Assembly (NCBI GenBank): GCA_963720755.1
Contig: CAVRGP010000002.1
Location: forward strand, 288,001-352,000
Origin: an uncultured Chloroflexia bacterium
GTDB taxonomy: Bacteria; Chloroflexota; Limnocylindria; Limnocylindrales; CSP1-4
Reading direction: 5' to 3'
DNA length: 64,000 bases
The notes beneath the pieces were generated by a model that worked only from the letters and a program-made list of their open reading frames with translations, was not told the origin of the DNA and made no database searches. This document shows, one piece after another, positions 30,222 to 40,018 of the stretch (position 1 is its first letter; every line of letters starts with the position of its first letter). A program made the translations under genes and the position numbers.

Positions 30222-32189
30222 TCATCGGGGTGGCGATGATGGGACGCCGGGCTTGGACAGCGGGTCCAGCCGCCATGAATGCAGGGGCCGCAACAGGGCA
30301 TTCTTCTTGTCGTGGTGACCGGTCATCCGGTCCAGGATGTCGGCCAGGGCCGCTACCGCATCCAGAATGTATGGCCCTTTGTTCAGCATGACACACTCGG
30401 CCCGCACGCCCATCGCCGCGTCGGTGATTTCCGCCCGCGACGGCTGACCGGTACGCGCGAGCTGGTCCAGCACCTGGGTCGCCCAGATGACCGGTAGGTG
30501 CGCGGCCTCGGACAGCCACAAGATCTCTTCCTGGAGTTCGGCGAGCCGCTCGTAGCCACATTCACCGGCCAGGTCGCCACGGGCGATCATCACCCCGGTG
30601 TGCGGGCGGCGCATCGCAGCGAACAACATCGCCGGCAGGTTGCGGAAACCCTGTGCGGTCTCGATCTTCAGGACGATACCCAGACGATTGTCATTGACCT
30701 CCTCCAAAGCCGTCAACAGGTCCTGCACGTCCTGCGGCGTACGGACGAACGACAACTCGACGAGATCGGCCTGCGCAATGATGAAGGGCAGGTTCGCCCG
30801 GTCTGCGGCGGTGAGAGCTGCGACCGGCAGCACGGTATCGGGCAGATTGATGCCCTTCGCAGCCCGCAGCCGAGAACCATCGACCGCAGCGTGGGTGATC
30901 TGGACAGTGAATTCATCATCCCCGGTGTCGATCACTTCACCGATCATCTTGCCGTCGTCGAGGTGTACAGCGTGACCGACCTGCACCTGACCGAAGGTCT
31001 CCGGCAGCGTGCACCCGATGCGCGGAACACCGCCGGCGGGGATTGGTGCGGGTGTGCAATCGCGAGTCAGAATCAGACTGTCCCCGCGGCGCAAAGTCAG
31101 GAACTGTTCGATCGCCGGGACCGAGTCGACGGTGGCCCGATCCCCGCCGCGCGTCCGCAGTACGGTCCCGGTGGCGATGTAGGCGGTCTGCCGGGCGGAG
31201 ACCAACGCGCCACCACCCTGGGTTGATTCGACGGTCACATGGCGCCGGGAACCCCGGGTGTCGGCGAATTCGATTCTGTCGGCCGGTGACAGACCTGCGA
31301 CCCATCTCACGGGCACTGGCAGCACCGGCATACCCGGAGTCGGTGGCGGGACAGGGTTCTCGACCGGGCTGAGCCAGCACCACGCCGGGGTGGTCACCCG
31401 GCCGAGGGTGTCCCGGGTGGGACGCAGTTTCAACACCCGCGGACCGTCTTCCAGCGGCCCGGTCCGCAATTTTGGCCCCGGCAGGTCCATTGCCACCCGG
31501 CACACCCGGCCGGCAGCCGCGCTCGCCGCACGGACATTGGTGATCATCGCCGCCCACGCCGCTGGGTCGTCGTGGGCGCAGTTCACCCGGGCAATGTCCA
31601 TGCCCTGCTCGACGAGACCGCGGACCAGGGCTTGATCGGTCGCAGCCTCCGGCGGCAACGTCACCATGATCCGGGTCTGCCGATCAGCCGGCTCCGGCCC
31701 GAGCAACTCGACAGCGCGACGCCGCAGCAGGCGCGGCCCTTCGCCGAAACCGGCCACATCGCGGCGAGGCGCACCAGGGTGTCCCGCCAACGCCTCGATG
31801 GTCGCGGCGATCGCCTCGACCGTGGCTCGCACGTGCGGTTCCGAGCGCCCCAGCGAAGACAGACCCAACGCCGCCAGCTGCTGCTGCAGTTCCCGCAGAT
31901 CGGATTGCCGGATCGCCCAGTAGTGCGCCAGATTCACTGCACTGCTGAGGTTCGATTCGTCAACTCCGGCGATCTGGACCGCCCATTGCGCCTCTGCTTC
32001 GACCAACCCCGCCTGCAACCGACGGACACGCTCGCCTACCACAGCCAACAGATCCTGGTTGGACGGTTCATGGTCTTCATCGACAGCAGCACCCGGCACG
32101 ATACTGCCGGGCGCCTGGGGAATGTGTACTTCGCCATCGCCTACGACGGTGCTCACCGCTCTGCGCTCTTCATAGTTCGCGCAGTACAT
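30222..32189 (-). CDS. pyk: Pyruvate kinase, long variant
   Basis: RIMVTLP, ARVNCAHD, MDLPGPKLRTG, KIET, MIARGDL, WATQVL, CVMLNKG. Confidence 0.88.
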   Translation of the reverse strand: MYCANYEERRAVSTVVGDGEVHIPQAPGSIVPGAAVDEDHEPSNQDLLAVVGERVRRLQAGLVEAEAQWAVQIAGVDESNLSSAVNLAHYWAIRQSDLRELQQQLAALGLSSLGRSEPHVRATVEAIAATIEALAGHPGAPRRDVAGFGEGPRLLRRRAVELLGPEPADRQTRIMVTLPPEAATDQALVRGLVEQGMDIARVNCAHDDPAAWAAMITNVRAASAAAGRVCRVAMDLPGPKLRTGPLEDGPRVLKLRPTRDTLGRVTTPAWCWLSPVENPVPPPTPGMPVLPVPVRWVAGLSPADRIEFADTRGSRRHVTVESTQGGGALVSARQTAYIATGTVLRTRGGDRATVDSVPAIEQFLTLRRGDSLILTRDCTPAPIPAGGVPRIGCTLPETFGQVQVGHAVHLDDGKMIGEVIDTGDDEFTVQITHAAVDGSRLRAAKGINLPDTVLPVAALTAADRANLPFIIAQADLVELSFVRTPQDVQDLLTALEEVNDNRLGIVLKIETAQGFRNLPAMLFAAMRRPHTGVMIARGDLAGECGYERLAELQEEILWLSEAAHLPVIWATQVLDQLARTGQPSRAEITDAAMGVRAECVMLNKGPYILDAVAALADILDRMTGHHDKKNALLRPLHSWRLDPLSKPGVPSSPPR

Positions 32190-32252
32190 CGGACGAAGAT
32201 GAACAGCCGGGGCGAGAATGCCTCCTGCGCAGAGCAGAGATGCGCCAGCATC

Positions 32253-32267
32253 GGGACTTTCGACCCT
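32253..32267. promoter_or_regulatory. DosR/DevR-like box upstream of pyruvate kinase
   Basis: GGGACTTTCGACCCT. Confidence 0.6.
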
Positions 32268-32351
32268 GACCCTGCCCTGGTGGAGAACCTAATGTCTGTT
32301 AGCGATGGTGACGACCGAAGGTCTGCCAGGCGCACGAGAGCGGGAGAGTCC

Positions 32352-32549
32352 ATGTTCGAGCCGAGAACTCCGGCACGCATCCAGCAGCTGTGTGCGGTGA
32401 TGGAGAACAACGCCGGCACTGCGGACCAGCGGAGTCGATCGCTGATGGTTGCCGAGCTGTATCTGCTCGCGGAGGACATGATCGGCCGCGAGTCAGCGCA
32501 TGATGTGGCGCTGAAAGCGCGGATCCGCCGGCTGATCGCGAAGATGTGA
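32352..32549 (+). CDS. Small hypothetical protein (65 aa)
   Basis: GGAGAG RBS; helical-looking MFEPRTPARIQQLCAVME...IRRLIAKM. Confidence 0.45.
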   Translation: MFEPRTPARIQQLCAVMENNAGTADQRSRSLMVAELYLLAEDMIGRESAHDVALKARIRRLIAKM

Positions 32550-32570
32550 TCCTTTATCGCCGATAACCGG

Positions 32571-32605
32571 GGGACATTTGCCTCTCGACAGGGTCCAAAG
32601 ACCCT
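32571..32605. promoter_or_regulatory. Two DosR/DevR-like boxes
   Basis: GGGACATTTGCCTC and palindromic AGGGTCCAAAGACCCT. Confidence 0.5.
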
Positions 32606-32774
32606 GATGCCGACGCGGGGTGGTGGCGAAAGCTGCGACATGAAGGCGCTGTCGTCATATCTCGGGGGCGAGGCCATTCGAGTCGAAGCCCGCTGCGCAC
32701 GTCGCTGACAAAAACGTCATGGAGCAGCAGACCATCCCACCCCGGAACGAACAGCACCAATTTCCAGGAGCGAC

Positions 32775-34235
32775 ATGTTGGGGACGAAGATTTCAACGAA
32801 GTTCATCTACTTCTTCGGCGCATTTGGAGGAATCCTTTTCGGGTACGACATCGGCGTCATGACTGGCGCCCTACCATTCCTCATTGAGGACTGGAGCCTT
32901 CAGGGCGACCCCGTCACCATCGGCTGGATCACCTCATCGGTCCTGCTCGGCGCCATCTTCGGCGGCGCGCTTTCCGGTCAGGTGGGCGACCGGCTCGGTG
33001 GGCGCCGGGGGATCCTGATCGCAGCCGTGATCTTCGTCGTTGGATCGATCCTGTCGGCCCTCGCACCGCACGACGGCACGATCTACCTCATCATCTCCCG
33101 CACCTTCCTCGGCCTGGCCGTAGGAGCGGCGTCGGCCTTGGTGCCGGCGTACATGGCCGAGATGGCACCTGCCCGCCTGCGCGGTCGGCTGTCCGGCCTG
33201 AACCAGACGATGATCGTCACCGGAATGCTCGCGTCGTACACCGTCGACTTTCTGCTCAGGGATCTGCCCGGCGCCTGGGCATGGCGCGTCATGCTGGCCC
33301 TGGCCGCGGTGCCGGCCGTCATCCTTTTCCTCGGCGTGATGCGCCTGCCCGAGTCGCCGCGATTCCTCGTGCGGACCGGCAGTATCGGTGACGCGCGGCG
33401 GGTGCTCACGATCATCCTTCCCGAGGAATCTGTCGACGCGGAGCTCGCGCAGATCCAGCAGACGGTCGACCACGAGGCGGAGATCGGGGCCCACACGTCG
33501 TGGGCCACCCTCCTCGAATCCAAGTACCGCTACCTGTTGATCGCCGGCGTCGGGGTGGCTGCGTTTCAGCAATTCCAGGGCGCCAACGCGATCTTCTACT
33601 ACATCCCCCTCATCGTCGAGAGGGCCAGCGGCGTCTCCGCAGGCTCGGCCTTGAAGTGGCCGATGATTCAGGGCGTGATCCTGGTGCTGGGGTCGCTGCT
33701 GTTCCTGGCCATCGCGGATCGCTTCAAGCGCCGCACGCTGCTGACTGTGGGCGGAAGCGCCATGGGTATCTCGTTCATCCTGCCCGCCATCATCAACTGG
33801 ATCGACCCGACCGCGAACCCCATGCTCATCGTGGTGTTCATGAGCATCTACGTCGCCTTGTACTCCTTCACCTGGGCGCCCCTGACCTGGGTGATCGTCG
33901 GAGAAATCTTCCCGTTGGCAATTCGCGGCCGCGGCGCCGGGCTCGCCTCTTCCGCGAACTGGATCGGGTCGTTCCTGGTTGGTCTGCTGTTCCCCATCAT
34001 GACGGCCTCGATGCCGCAGCCGGCAGTGTTCGCGATCTTCGGCGTCATCTGCCTGCTCGGAGTTCTGTTCATCCGCACCCGAGTTCCCGAGACCCGCGGC
34101 CGCAGCCTCGAGGAGATCGAGGCCGAAGGTTTGCGCTCACCGGCGTCTCGGATCGGGACCACCGTCACCGCTGCATCCCCAGTGCCGACACCTGCTCTCT
34201 CAGCGAGCGTTTCGCCACCAAAGGAGTCAGAGTGA
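32775..34235 (+). CDS. araE: Sugar porter MFS, probable arabinose:H+ symporter
   Basis: GGILFGYDIG, PESPRFL, QQFQGAN, GEIFP, PETRGRSLEEIE; coupled to araD. Confidence 0.85.
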   Translation: MLGTKISTKFIYFFGAFGGILFGYDIGVMTGALPFLIEDWSLQGDPVTIGWITSSVLLGAIFGGALSGQVGDRLGGRRGILIAAVIFVVGSILSALAPHDGTIYLIISRTFLGLAVGAASALVPAYMAEMAPARLRGRLSGLNQTMIVTGMLASYTVDFLLRDLPGAWAWRVMLALAAVPAVILFLGVMRLPESPRFLVRTGSIGDARRVLTIILPEESVDAELAQIQQTVDHEAEIGAHTSWATLLESKYRYLLIAGVGVAAFQQFQGANAIFYYIPLIVERASGVSAGSALKWPMIQGVILVLGSLLFLAIADRFKRRTLLTVGGSAMGISFILPAIINWIDPTANPMLIVVFMSIYVALYSFTWAPLTWVIVGEIFPLAIRGRGAGLASSANWIGSFLVGLLFPIMTASMPQPAVFAIFGVICLLGVLFIRTRVPETRGRSLEEIEAEGLRSPASRIGTTVTAASPVPTPALSASVSPPKESE

Positions 34236-34996
34236 CCATCGTCCTCGACCTGCTGGCGGAGGCGACCCGCCGATCCGTTGCCCAGACGCGGCAACGCGTG
34301 TCCGATCTGCACGCCGAACTGCTTCGGAACCGGCTCGTCGTGTGGACCGCCGGCAACGTGTCCGAGCGTGTGCCCGGGACCGACCTGTTCGTGATCAAGC
34401 CGTCGGGCGTCTCCTACGACGAGCTGTCGCCGAAGGTGATGGTGGTGTGCACGCTCGACGGTGAGAAGATCGCCGACGGCACGCCGGACGCTCTGCAGCC
34501 GTCCTCGGACACGGCCGCGCACGCATACGTCTACCGCCAGATGGATGCCGTCGGTGGGGTCGTGCACACGCACTCGACGTACGCGACCGCATGGGCCGCC
34601 CGCGGCGAGGCGATCCCCTGCGTGCTGACGATGATGGCCGACGAGTTCGGCGGCCCCATCCCGATCGGGCCGTTCGCTCTCATCGGTGACGACTCCATCG
34701 GCCGCGGCATCGTCCAGACCCTCACAGGTTCCCACTCCCGCGCGGTCCTGATGCAGAACCACGGTCCCTTCACCATCGGCAGGGACGCACGCACCGCCGT
34801 GAAGGCCGCCGTCATGTGTGAGGAGGTCGCCCGCACCGTGCATATCTCCCGCCAGCTGGGTGAGCCGATCGCGATTCCGCAGCACACGATCGATGCCCTC
34901 TTCGAGCGCTATCAGAACGTCTACGGACAGCACGAAACGAACCGTGATGCGGGGACGCCCGACAACGACAGCACAAATTCGCCGAAGGAGACGTGA
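34232..34996 (+). CDS. araD: L-ribulose-5-phosphate 4-epimerase
   Basis: WTAGNVS, IKPSGV, PSSDT, VHTHS, NHGPF, NVYGQ. Confidence 0.93.
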   Translation: MTIVLDLLAEATRRSVAQTRQRVSDLHAELLRNRLVVWTAGNVSERVPGTDLFVIKPSGVSYDELSPKVMVVCTLDGEKIADGTPDALQPSSDTAAHAYVYRQMDAVGGVVHTHSTYATAWAARGEAIPCVLTMMADEFGGPIPIGPFALIGDDSIGRGIVQTLTGSHSRAVLMQNHGPFTIGRDARTAVKAAVMCEEVARTVHISRQLGEPIAIPQHTIDALFERYQNVYGQHETNRDAGTPDNDSTNSPKET

Positions 34997-34999
34997 ATA

Positions 35000-36508
35000 A
35001 TGGAAAATCCATTCAACAGCCGTGAGATCTGGTTCCTCACCGGGAGCCAGGACCTGTACGGCGAGGAGACGCTCGAGCAGGTCGCCGAGCAGTCCCGGGG
35101 CATCGTCAAGAGTCTGAACGCCACCGGCGCCATCCCGGTGCCGATTGTCTGGAAGCCCGTGCTGAAGGACCGCGAGGCAATCCGCCGCGCCGCGCTGGAG
35201 GTGAACTCTCAGGACAGTTGCGTCGGCGTGATCACGTGGATGCATACCTTTTCGCCCGCGAAGATGTGGATCTCGGGGCTCGACGCGCTGGCGAAGCCGT
35301 TGCTGCACTTGCACACACAGGTCAACATCGCGCTGCCCTGGGCCACCATCGACATGGACTTCATGAACCTCAACCAAGCCGCTCACGGCGACCGCGAGTT
35401 CGGGTACATCGCCACCCGACTCGGCGTTCACCGCAGAACCGTGGTGGGGCATGCGACCTCGTCGCTCGTACAGCAGAAGATCTCGCACTGGGCGCGCGCT
35501 GCCACCGGGTGGGCGGAGCTGCACTCGATGCGGCTCGCGCGCTTCGGCGACAACATGCGCAACGTGGCCGTCACCGAGGGCGACAAGACTGAAGCCGAAC
35601 TGCGGTTGGGGGTCTCGGTGAACACCTGGTCCGTCAACGATCTCGTCGAAGTCGTTGACGGGATTGCCGATGCGGCGGTGGACGAGCTGGTCGCCGAGTA
35701 CGAAGCGAGCTACGACATCGTCGCCGAGCTTCGCGCGGACGGCGAGCGCCATGACTCCCTGCGCTACGGCGCCCGAATCGAGTTGGGCCTTCGCTCATTC
35801 CTCGAGGCCGGCGGGTTCACCGCCTTCACCACGAACTTCGAGAATCTCGGCGGCCTTCGCCAGCTGCCCGGCCTGGCGGTGCAGCGCCTGATGGCCGACG
35901 GCTACGGGTTCGGCGCCGAGGGCGACTGGAAGACAGCGATTCTCGTGCGGGTGGCGAAGGCGATGGGCCATGGCTTACCCGGGGGAGCCTCGCTGATGGA
36001 GGACTACACGTACGAGTTGGAGCCCGGCCGCGAGAAGATCCTTGGCGCCCACATGCTGGAGGTGTGTCCAACGCTGACGACATCTCGGCCCTCGCTCGAG
36101 ATCCATCCGCTGGGCATCGGCGGGCGCGATGACCCGGTGCGTCTGAAATTCTCGGCCGATCCGGGGCCCGCCCTGGTCGTCGCACTGATCGATATGCGGG
36201 AGCGCTTCCGCCTGATCGCCAACACGGTGCACATCGTCGAGCCCGACGAGGAGCTGCCCGCCCTGCCAGTCGCGTGCGCTGTCTGGGAGCCCGCACCGGA
36301 CCTGTTCACCAGTGCCGAGTGCTGGCTGACGGCCGGCGCCGCCCACCACACCGTCATGACCTCCGCCGTGCCACTCGAGGTCTTCGAGGACCTCGCCGAC
36401 ATCGCTGATCTCGAGCTCGCGATCATCGACAAGGACACCCGTGTGCGCTCGTTCCACCGGGAGCTGCGCGTCAACGCCACCTATTATCGCCTCGCCCAGG
36501 GATTCTGA
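35000..36508 (+). CDS. araA: L-arabinose isomerase
   Basis: [45 protein letters not shown]. Confidence 0.97.
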   Translation: MENPFNSREIWFLTGSQDLYGEETLEQVAEQSRGIVKSLNATGAIPVPIVWKPVLKDREAIRRAALEVNSQDSCVGVITWMHTFSPAKMWISGLDALAKPLLHLHTQVNIALPWATIDMDFMNLNQAAHGDREFGYIATRLGVHRRTVVGHATSSLVQQKISHWARAATGWAELHSMRLARFGDNMRNVAVTEGDKTEAELRLGVSVNTWSVNDLVEVVDGIADAAVDELVAEYEASYDIVAELRADGERHDSLRYGARIELGLRSFLEAGGFTAFTTNFENLGGLRQLPGLAVQRLMADGYGFGAEGDWKTAILVRVAKAMGHGLPGGASLMEDYTYELEPGREKILGAHMLEVCPTLTTSRPSLEIHPLGIGGRDDPVRLKFSADPGPALVVALIDMRERFRLIANTVHIVEPDEELPALPVACAVWEPAPDLFTSAECWLTAGAAHHTVMTSAVPLEVFEDLADIADLELAIIDKDTRVRSFHRELRVNATYYRLAQGF

Positions 36509-36625
36509 CCGTGCAAGGAGGGCTGACGAACATTGCGCCAGCGACGGCCAAACCTTCGCTTCACTGTGCAGCGTCTGACCGCTGTCAAATCTTGACATCA
36601 ATGATCCTGGAATTGGCAGATCATC

Positions 36626-37882
36626 ATGAGTAATGCACACGATCGTTTCCATAGTGACGAGGAAACATCGAGGAGGAAGCCGAGCCGGAGGGAATCTCGC
36701 GGTCGACCCGGGGCAGCAATCGGAGCGTCGGTCGCAGCTGTCCTGCTGTTGGCCTCGTCGGCCTGTTCTAACAACGACATATCATCTACATCAACAAGTT
36801 CGGTCTCTCAGGTGACTTCTGTGACGTCAAGCACCGGGTCTGGGGTCACCAGTGCGTCCTCGTCGGCGACGCTGTCACCGCAAGCCGCAAACATGTTGAT
36901 CGCGAATGCGGCCGCGGGCACCGCGTTGGCCACCCTGGGATCTTTGATCGTCAGCGATTCCGACGAATCCGTCGTCTATGATGCTGCCGCATTCGGTGCC
37001 GAGTGGGCCGACACCGACAACAATCAGTGCGATACCCGGAACGACATCCTGGCACGTGATCTGACGAATATCACCGTCGACGCGGCATGCGTTGTGCTGA
37101 CCGGTCAACTGGTTGATCCTTACACCGCGAGAACGATCTCCTATTCATCGTCAGTCATCCCGAGCTTGATTGCGGTGGACGCACTCGTGACGACCCAGGT
37201 CGCGTGGTCCAGCGGCGCACAATCCTGGGATGCCGCACAACGTCAAGGCTTCGCCAATGACCCGTTCAACCTGCTGGCGGTGGACGGTCGGAGTTCGAGC
37301 CTCCGGAATGCCGGTGATGCCGACTGGCTGCCGCCCGATGGCGCCTTTCGTTGCGGATACGTCGCTCGACAGATCGCGGTCTCAGCGAAGTATGCCCTGA
37401 CGGTCACCGCGGCAGAGAGGATGGCCGTCGCCGATGTGCTCGAGTCCTGCCCTCGGCAGATGCCGCCCGAAGACACCGCTGCTATCAAGGCGGCGGCGGA
37501 CAGGCAAGCTGCGGACGCTGCAGCAGCGGTTGCCGCCCAGGCGGCGGCGGACAAGCAGGCGGCCGACGCTGCAGCAGCGGTTGCCGCCCAGGCGGCGGCG
37601 GACAAGCAAGCCGCGGACGTGGCGGCAGCCCAGGCAGCGGCCGATCAGCTCGCTGCGGAACAAGCAGCGGCTCAGGAGGCAGCGGATCAGGCGGCAGCAG
37701 CTCGGGCGGCCGCTGACAGTGCAGCTTCCCAGACTGCGGCGGTTCCTCCGCGTGTCACTGCCCCTTACTACGCCAACTGCGATGCGGTCAGAGCTGCTGG
37801 AGCTGACCCAATCCTCATCGGCGAGCCCGGGTACAGCAGCAAGCTGGACCGCGACGGTGATGGGATCGGCTGCGAGAACTAG
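36626..37882 (+). CDS. Lipoprotein: DUF1524 (HNH-like) domain, Ala-rich stalk, Excalibur Ca-binding domain
   Basis: Lipobox LASSAC; CDTRNDILARDL, DPYT, FANDPFNLLAV, WLPP; C-terminal YANCDAVRAAGA..LDRDGDGIGCE. Confidence 0.88.
   Translation: MSNAHDRFHSDEETSRRKPSRRESRGRPGAAIGASVAAVLLLASSACSNNDISSTSTSSVSQVTSVTSSTGSGVTSASSSATLSPQAANMLIANAAAGTALATLGSLIVSDSDESVVYDAAAFGAEWADTDNNQCDTRNDILARDLTNITVDAACVVLTGQLVDPYTARTISYSSSVIPSLIAVDALVTTQVAWSSGAQSWDAAQRQGFANDPFNLLAVDGRSSSLRNAGDADWLPPDGAFRCGYVARQIAVSAKYALTVTAAERMAVADVLESCPRQMPPEDTAAIKAAADRQAADAAAAVAAQAAADKQAADAAAAVAAQAAADKQAADVAAAQAAADQLAAEQAAAQEAADQAAAARAAADSAASQTAAVPPRVTAPYYANCDAVRAAGADPILIGEPGYSSKLDRDGDGIGCEN
37490..37620 (+). repeat. 51-bp in-frame tandem repeat (about 2.5 copies)
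   Basis: Units start at 37490, 37541 and 37592, encoding AAAD(R/K)QAADAAAAVAAQ. Confidence 0.85.
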
Positions 37883-38509
37883 ACGAGCCTCGCATCGAGA
37901 GGATGCCGCTCGATCTCGAATAGCCCGATCACGCCAAGCGGTGGACATCCCGATCGCGCCTCTGCGGGGGCCGGACCCCGGGTAGGGGCTCTGCCCCTTC
38001 GCAATCAGCGGGGCGCCCAGATTCGGCGTGGGCCGGCCCTGCCCACGCGTGGTTGGCACACCGGTCTACAAACCTGAAAGGCACGTCGCACCTCCCGAGG
38101 CAGACAATGGCTCGGCCGCTCCCCGATAGCGCGAAGAGCGATGTGCGACAGACGGCAGACTCCACGACGGCCCTGACAACCATTCGGATCGGTCGAACGC
38201 GCCCGCGAAATGCCAATGGGCCGCTCCAGCGGGGCCAGACCCCGCCCGCAGTTGCTAGGGTCCCGCGTGAGCGGCGAGGCCCAACCGGAGCGCGGGGACG
38301 GGTGTAGCGGGCCGGCGGGGGCTGCGTTTCCCGTCGCGGTCCTGGTGGGCGGGCAGCACCGGGCGGCCGACCGTCCGCGGGATCGGTGACCTCACGGAGA
38401 CCGGAATCGTGGGGTGGCGGAACGGCCCGGCTGCGCGGGATCCGTCGGCGTTCCGATTGGATGACACCGAAGAGCACTGCCGTTCGGTGCGACTGTAAGG
38501 GGACAGGCG

Positions 38510-40018
38510 ATGGGCAAGCCCGAGGACGAGCGCGAGTTCGACGACACCACGGTCACGCACGGGGGTGCCCAGGCCTGGTCCGCAGTGAACCCGCCGATGG
38601 ACGGCGAGCCCGCCATCAGTGGCGACACGCCGGCCGAGGGCTATGCGGGCGGGTCGGCGCCGGATTCCGGTGCCGCCGACACCGACGCCAGCGTGGTGGT
38701 CGACGGATCATGGTCCGTTGCTGAGCCGGTCCAAGGCCCGGTGACCGAAATCCCCGCCGATCCGGCGCCCGGGGCTGCTGCCAACCAGGCACCCGCCGCC
38801 CCGCAACTGGAAGGCAAGGGACGCCGTCGCGCGGGCCGGGTCGCCAAGCCGGACAAGGCCGCCAAGCCCAGCCGCGCCGGCCGGTCGAAGAGCGAGCCCG
38901 TCATCCCCCCGGGGCCGGTGCTGGTTGCCACCGGACTCGGCCTGCTGACCGCCAACGGGTGGGTGTTCAAGGACATCGATCTGACCCTGCGGCCCAGTTC
39001 GGTGGCGGCCATCGTCGGGCCGGCCGGCACCGGCAGGTCGTGCCTGCTGCTGGCGTTGAGCGGCCGAATGGCCGCCAACACCGGCACTCTCACCGTTGCC
39101 GGGCATGCGATGACGGACAAGCCGGCTGCCGTACGGGCCCTCACCTCGGTCGCCCGGATCAGCTCGCTCATCGCGCCGGAACCCGGGTTGACGGTGCGTC
39201 AGTCCATTGACGAGCGGTGCCTGAGCGATGACGTGGACATCCGGGTCGGTCGGCTCCGGTTCGGTGAGGCCTGCGCGGCTATGCGAGTCACGTTCGAACC
39301 CACGGCGCTGGTCGGTTCGATGGTGGGGGATCAGGCGACGCTGCTGTCGGTGGCGTTGGCCTGCGTCCGGGTCAGTGCGCTGATCGTTCTGGACGACCTG
39401 GATCGGGGCGTATCGACCGCCGTCCAGCAGACGATGCTGGACGCCCTGATCAGATTGTCGAAGACGGGGCCGACGGTCGTGCTGTCGACCACCGATCGGA
39501 TCCCGGTGATGGCCGCGGATGTGGTGCTCGATCTGACGCCCGCCGAGGGCGCCGCGATGTGGCGACTGGACGCACCGCTGCCCGGTTCACAGCGACTCGC
39601 GCTGGACCCGATGAGCGAGGCCGATCGCGCCGTGCAGGGTCAGCTGGAATCCGGCCCGGACGGACCCGACGACGAATCCGGCGACCCGCACGCCAGGTGG
39701 CGACCGGACTATCCCGGCGACTCCGACCCCGCGGCGGCCGGCGCTGACCCGGTCGCAGACGCCGGATCGCCGGGCAGCGACGAGCCCTACGGCCAGAGCC
39801 GACCCGCCGACCAGGCCGGGCCGTACGACCAGGGACCGTACGACCAGGGACAGTTCGGGCAGAGCGTGTACGACCAGCGGCCCGACAACCAGAACCCGAA
39901 CGACCAGGGCGGGCCCTACGACCCGGGCCGGCCTTACGACCAGGGTGGGGCCGGCGGGGCCGGCCGGCCGGCCGGCTATCAGAACCAGCGCGATGCTCCG
40001 ACGGAGGACCCCCGATGA
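38510..40018 (+). CDS. ABC ATPase-like protein (degenerate motifs) partnered with YhgE/Pip
   Basis: GPAGTGRS Walker A variant, LIVLDDLD Walker B variant; disordered termini. Confidence 0.8.
   Translation: MGKPEDEREFDDTTVTHGGAQAWSAVNPPMDGEPAISGDTPAEGYAGGSAPDSGAADTDASVVVDGSWSVAEPVQGPVTEIPADPAPGAAANQAPAAPQLEGKGRRRAGRVAKPDKAAKPSRAGRSKSEPVIPPGPVLVATGLGLLTANGWVFKDIDLTLRPSSVAAIVGPAGTGRSCLLLALSGRMAANTGTLTVAGHAMTDKPAAVRALTSVARISSLIAPEPGLTVRQSIDERCLSDDVDIRVGRLRFGEACAAMRVTFEPTALVGSMVGDQATLLSVALACVRVSALIVLDDLDRGVSTAVQQTMLDALIRLSKTGPTVVLSTTDRIPVMAADVVLDLTPAEGAAMWRLDAPLPGSQRLALDPMSEADRAVQGQLESGPDGPDDESGDPHARWRPDYPGDSDPAAAGADPVADAGSPGSDEPYGQSRPADQAGPYDQGPYDQGQFGQSVYDQRPDNQNPNDQGGPYDPGRPYDQGGAGGAGRPAGYQNQRDAPTEDPR

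Noticed and set aside
32555-32585. Actinobacterial dif site (tcgccgataa half)
   Set aside because: The XerD arm (ttatgtcaagt-like) is absent
33848-35752. Long antisense or alternate-frame ORFs (this one, 42983..44566, 28173..29699 and many others)
   Set aside because: Shadow ORFs expected in high-GC DNA opposite well-supported genes
36583-36597. TGTCAA-atc-TTGACA palindrome upstream of the lipoprotein
   Set aside because: Short, no adjacent regulator, and no clear -10 at the proper spacing
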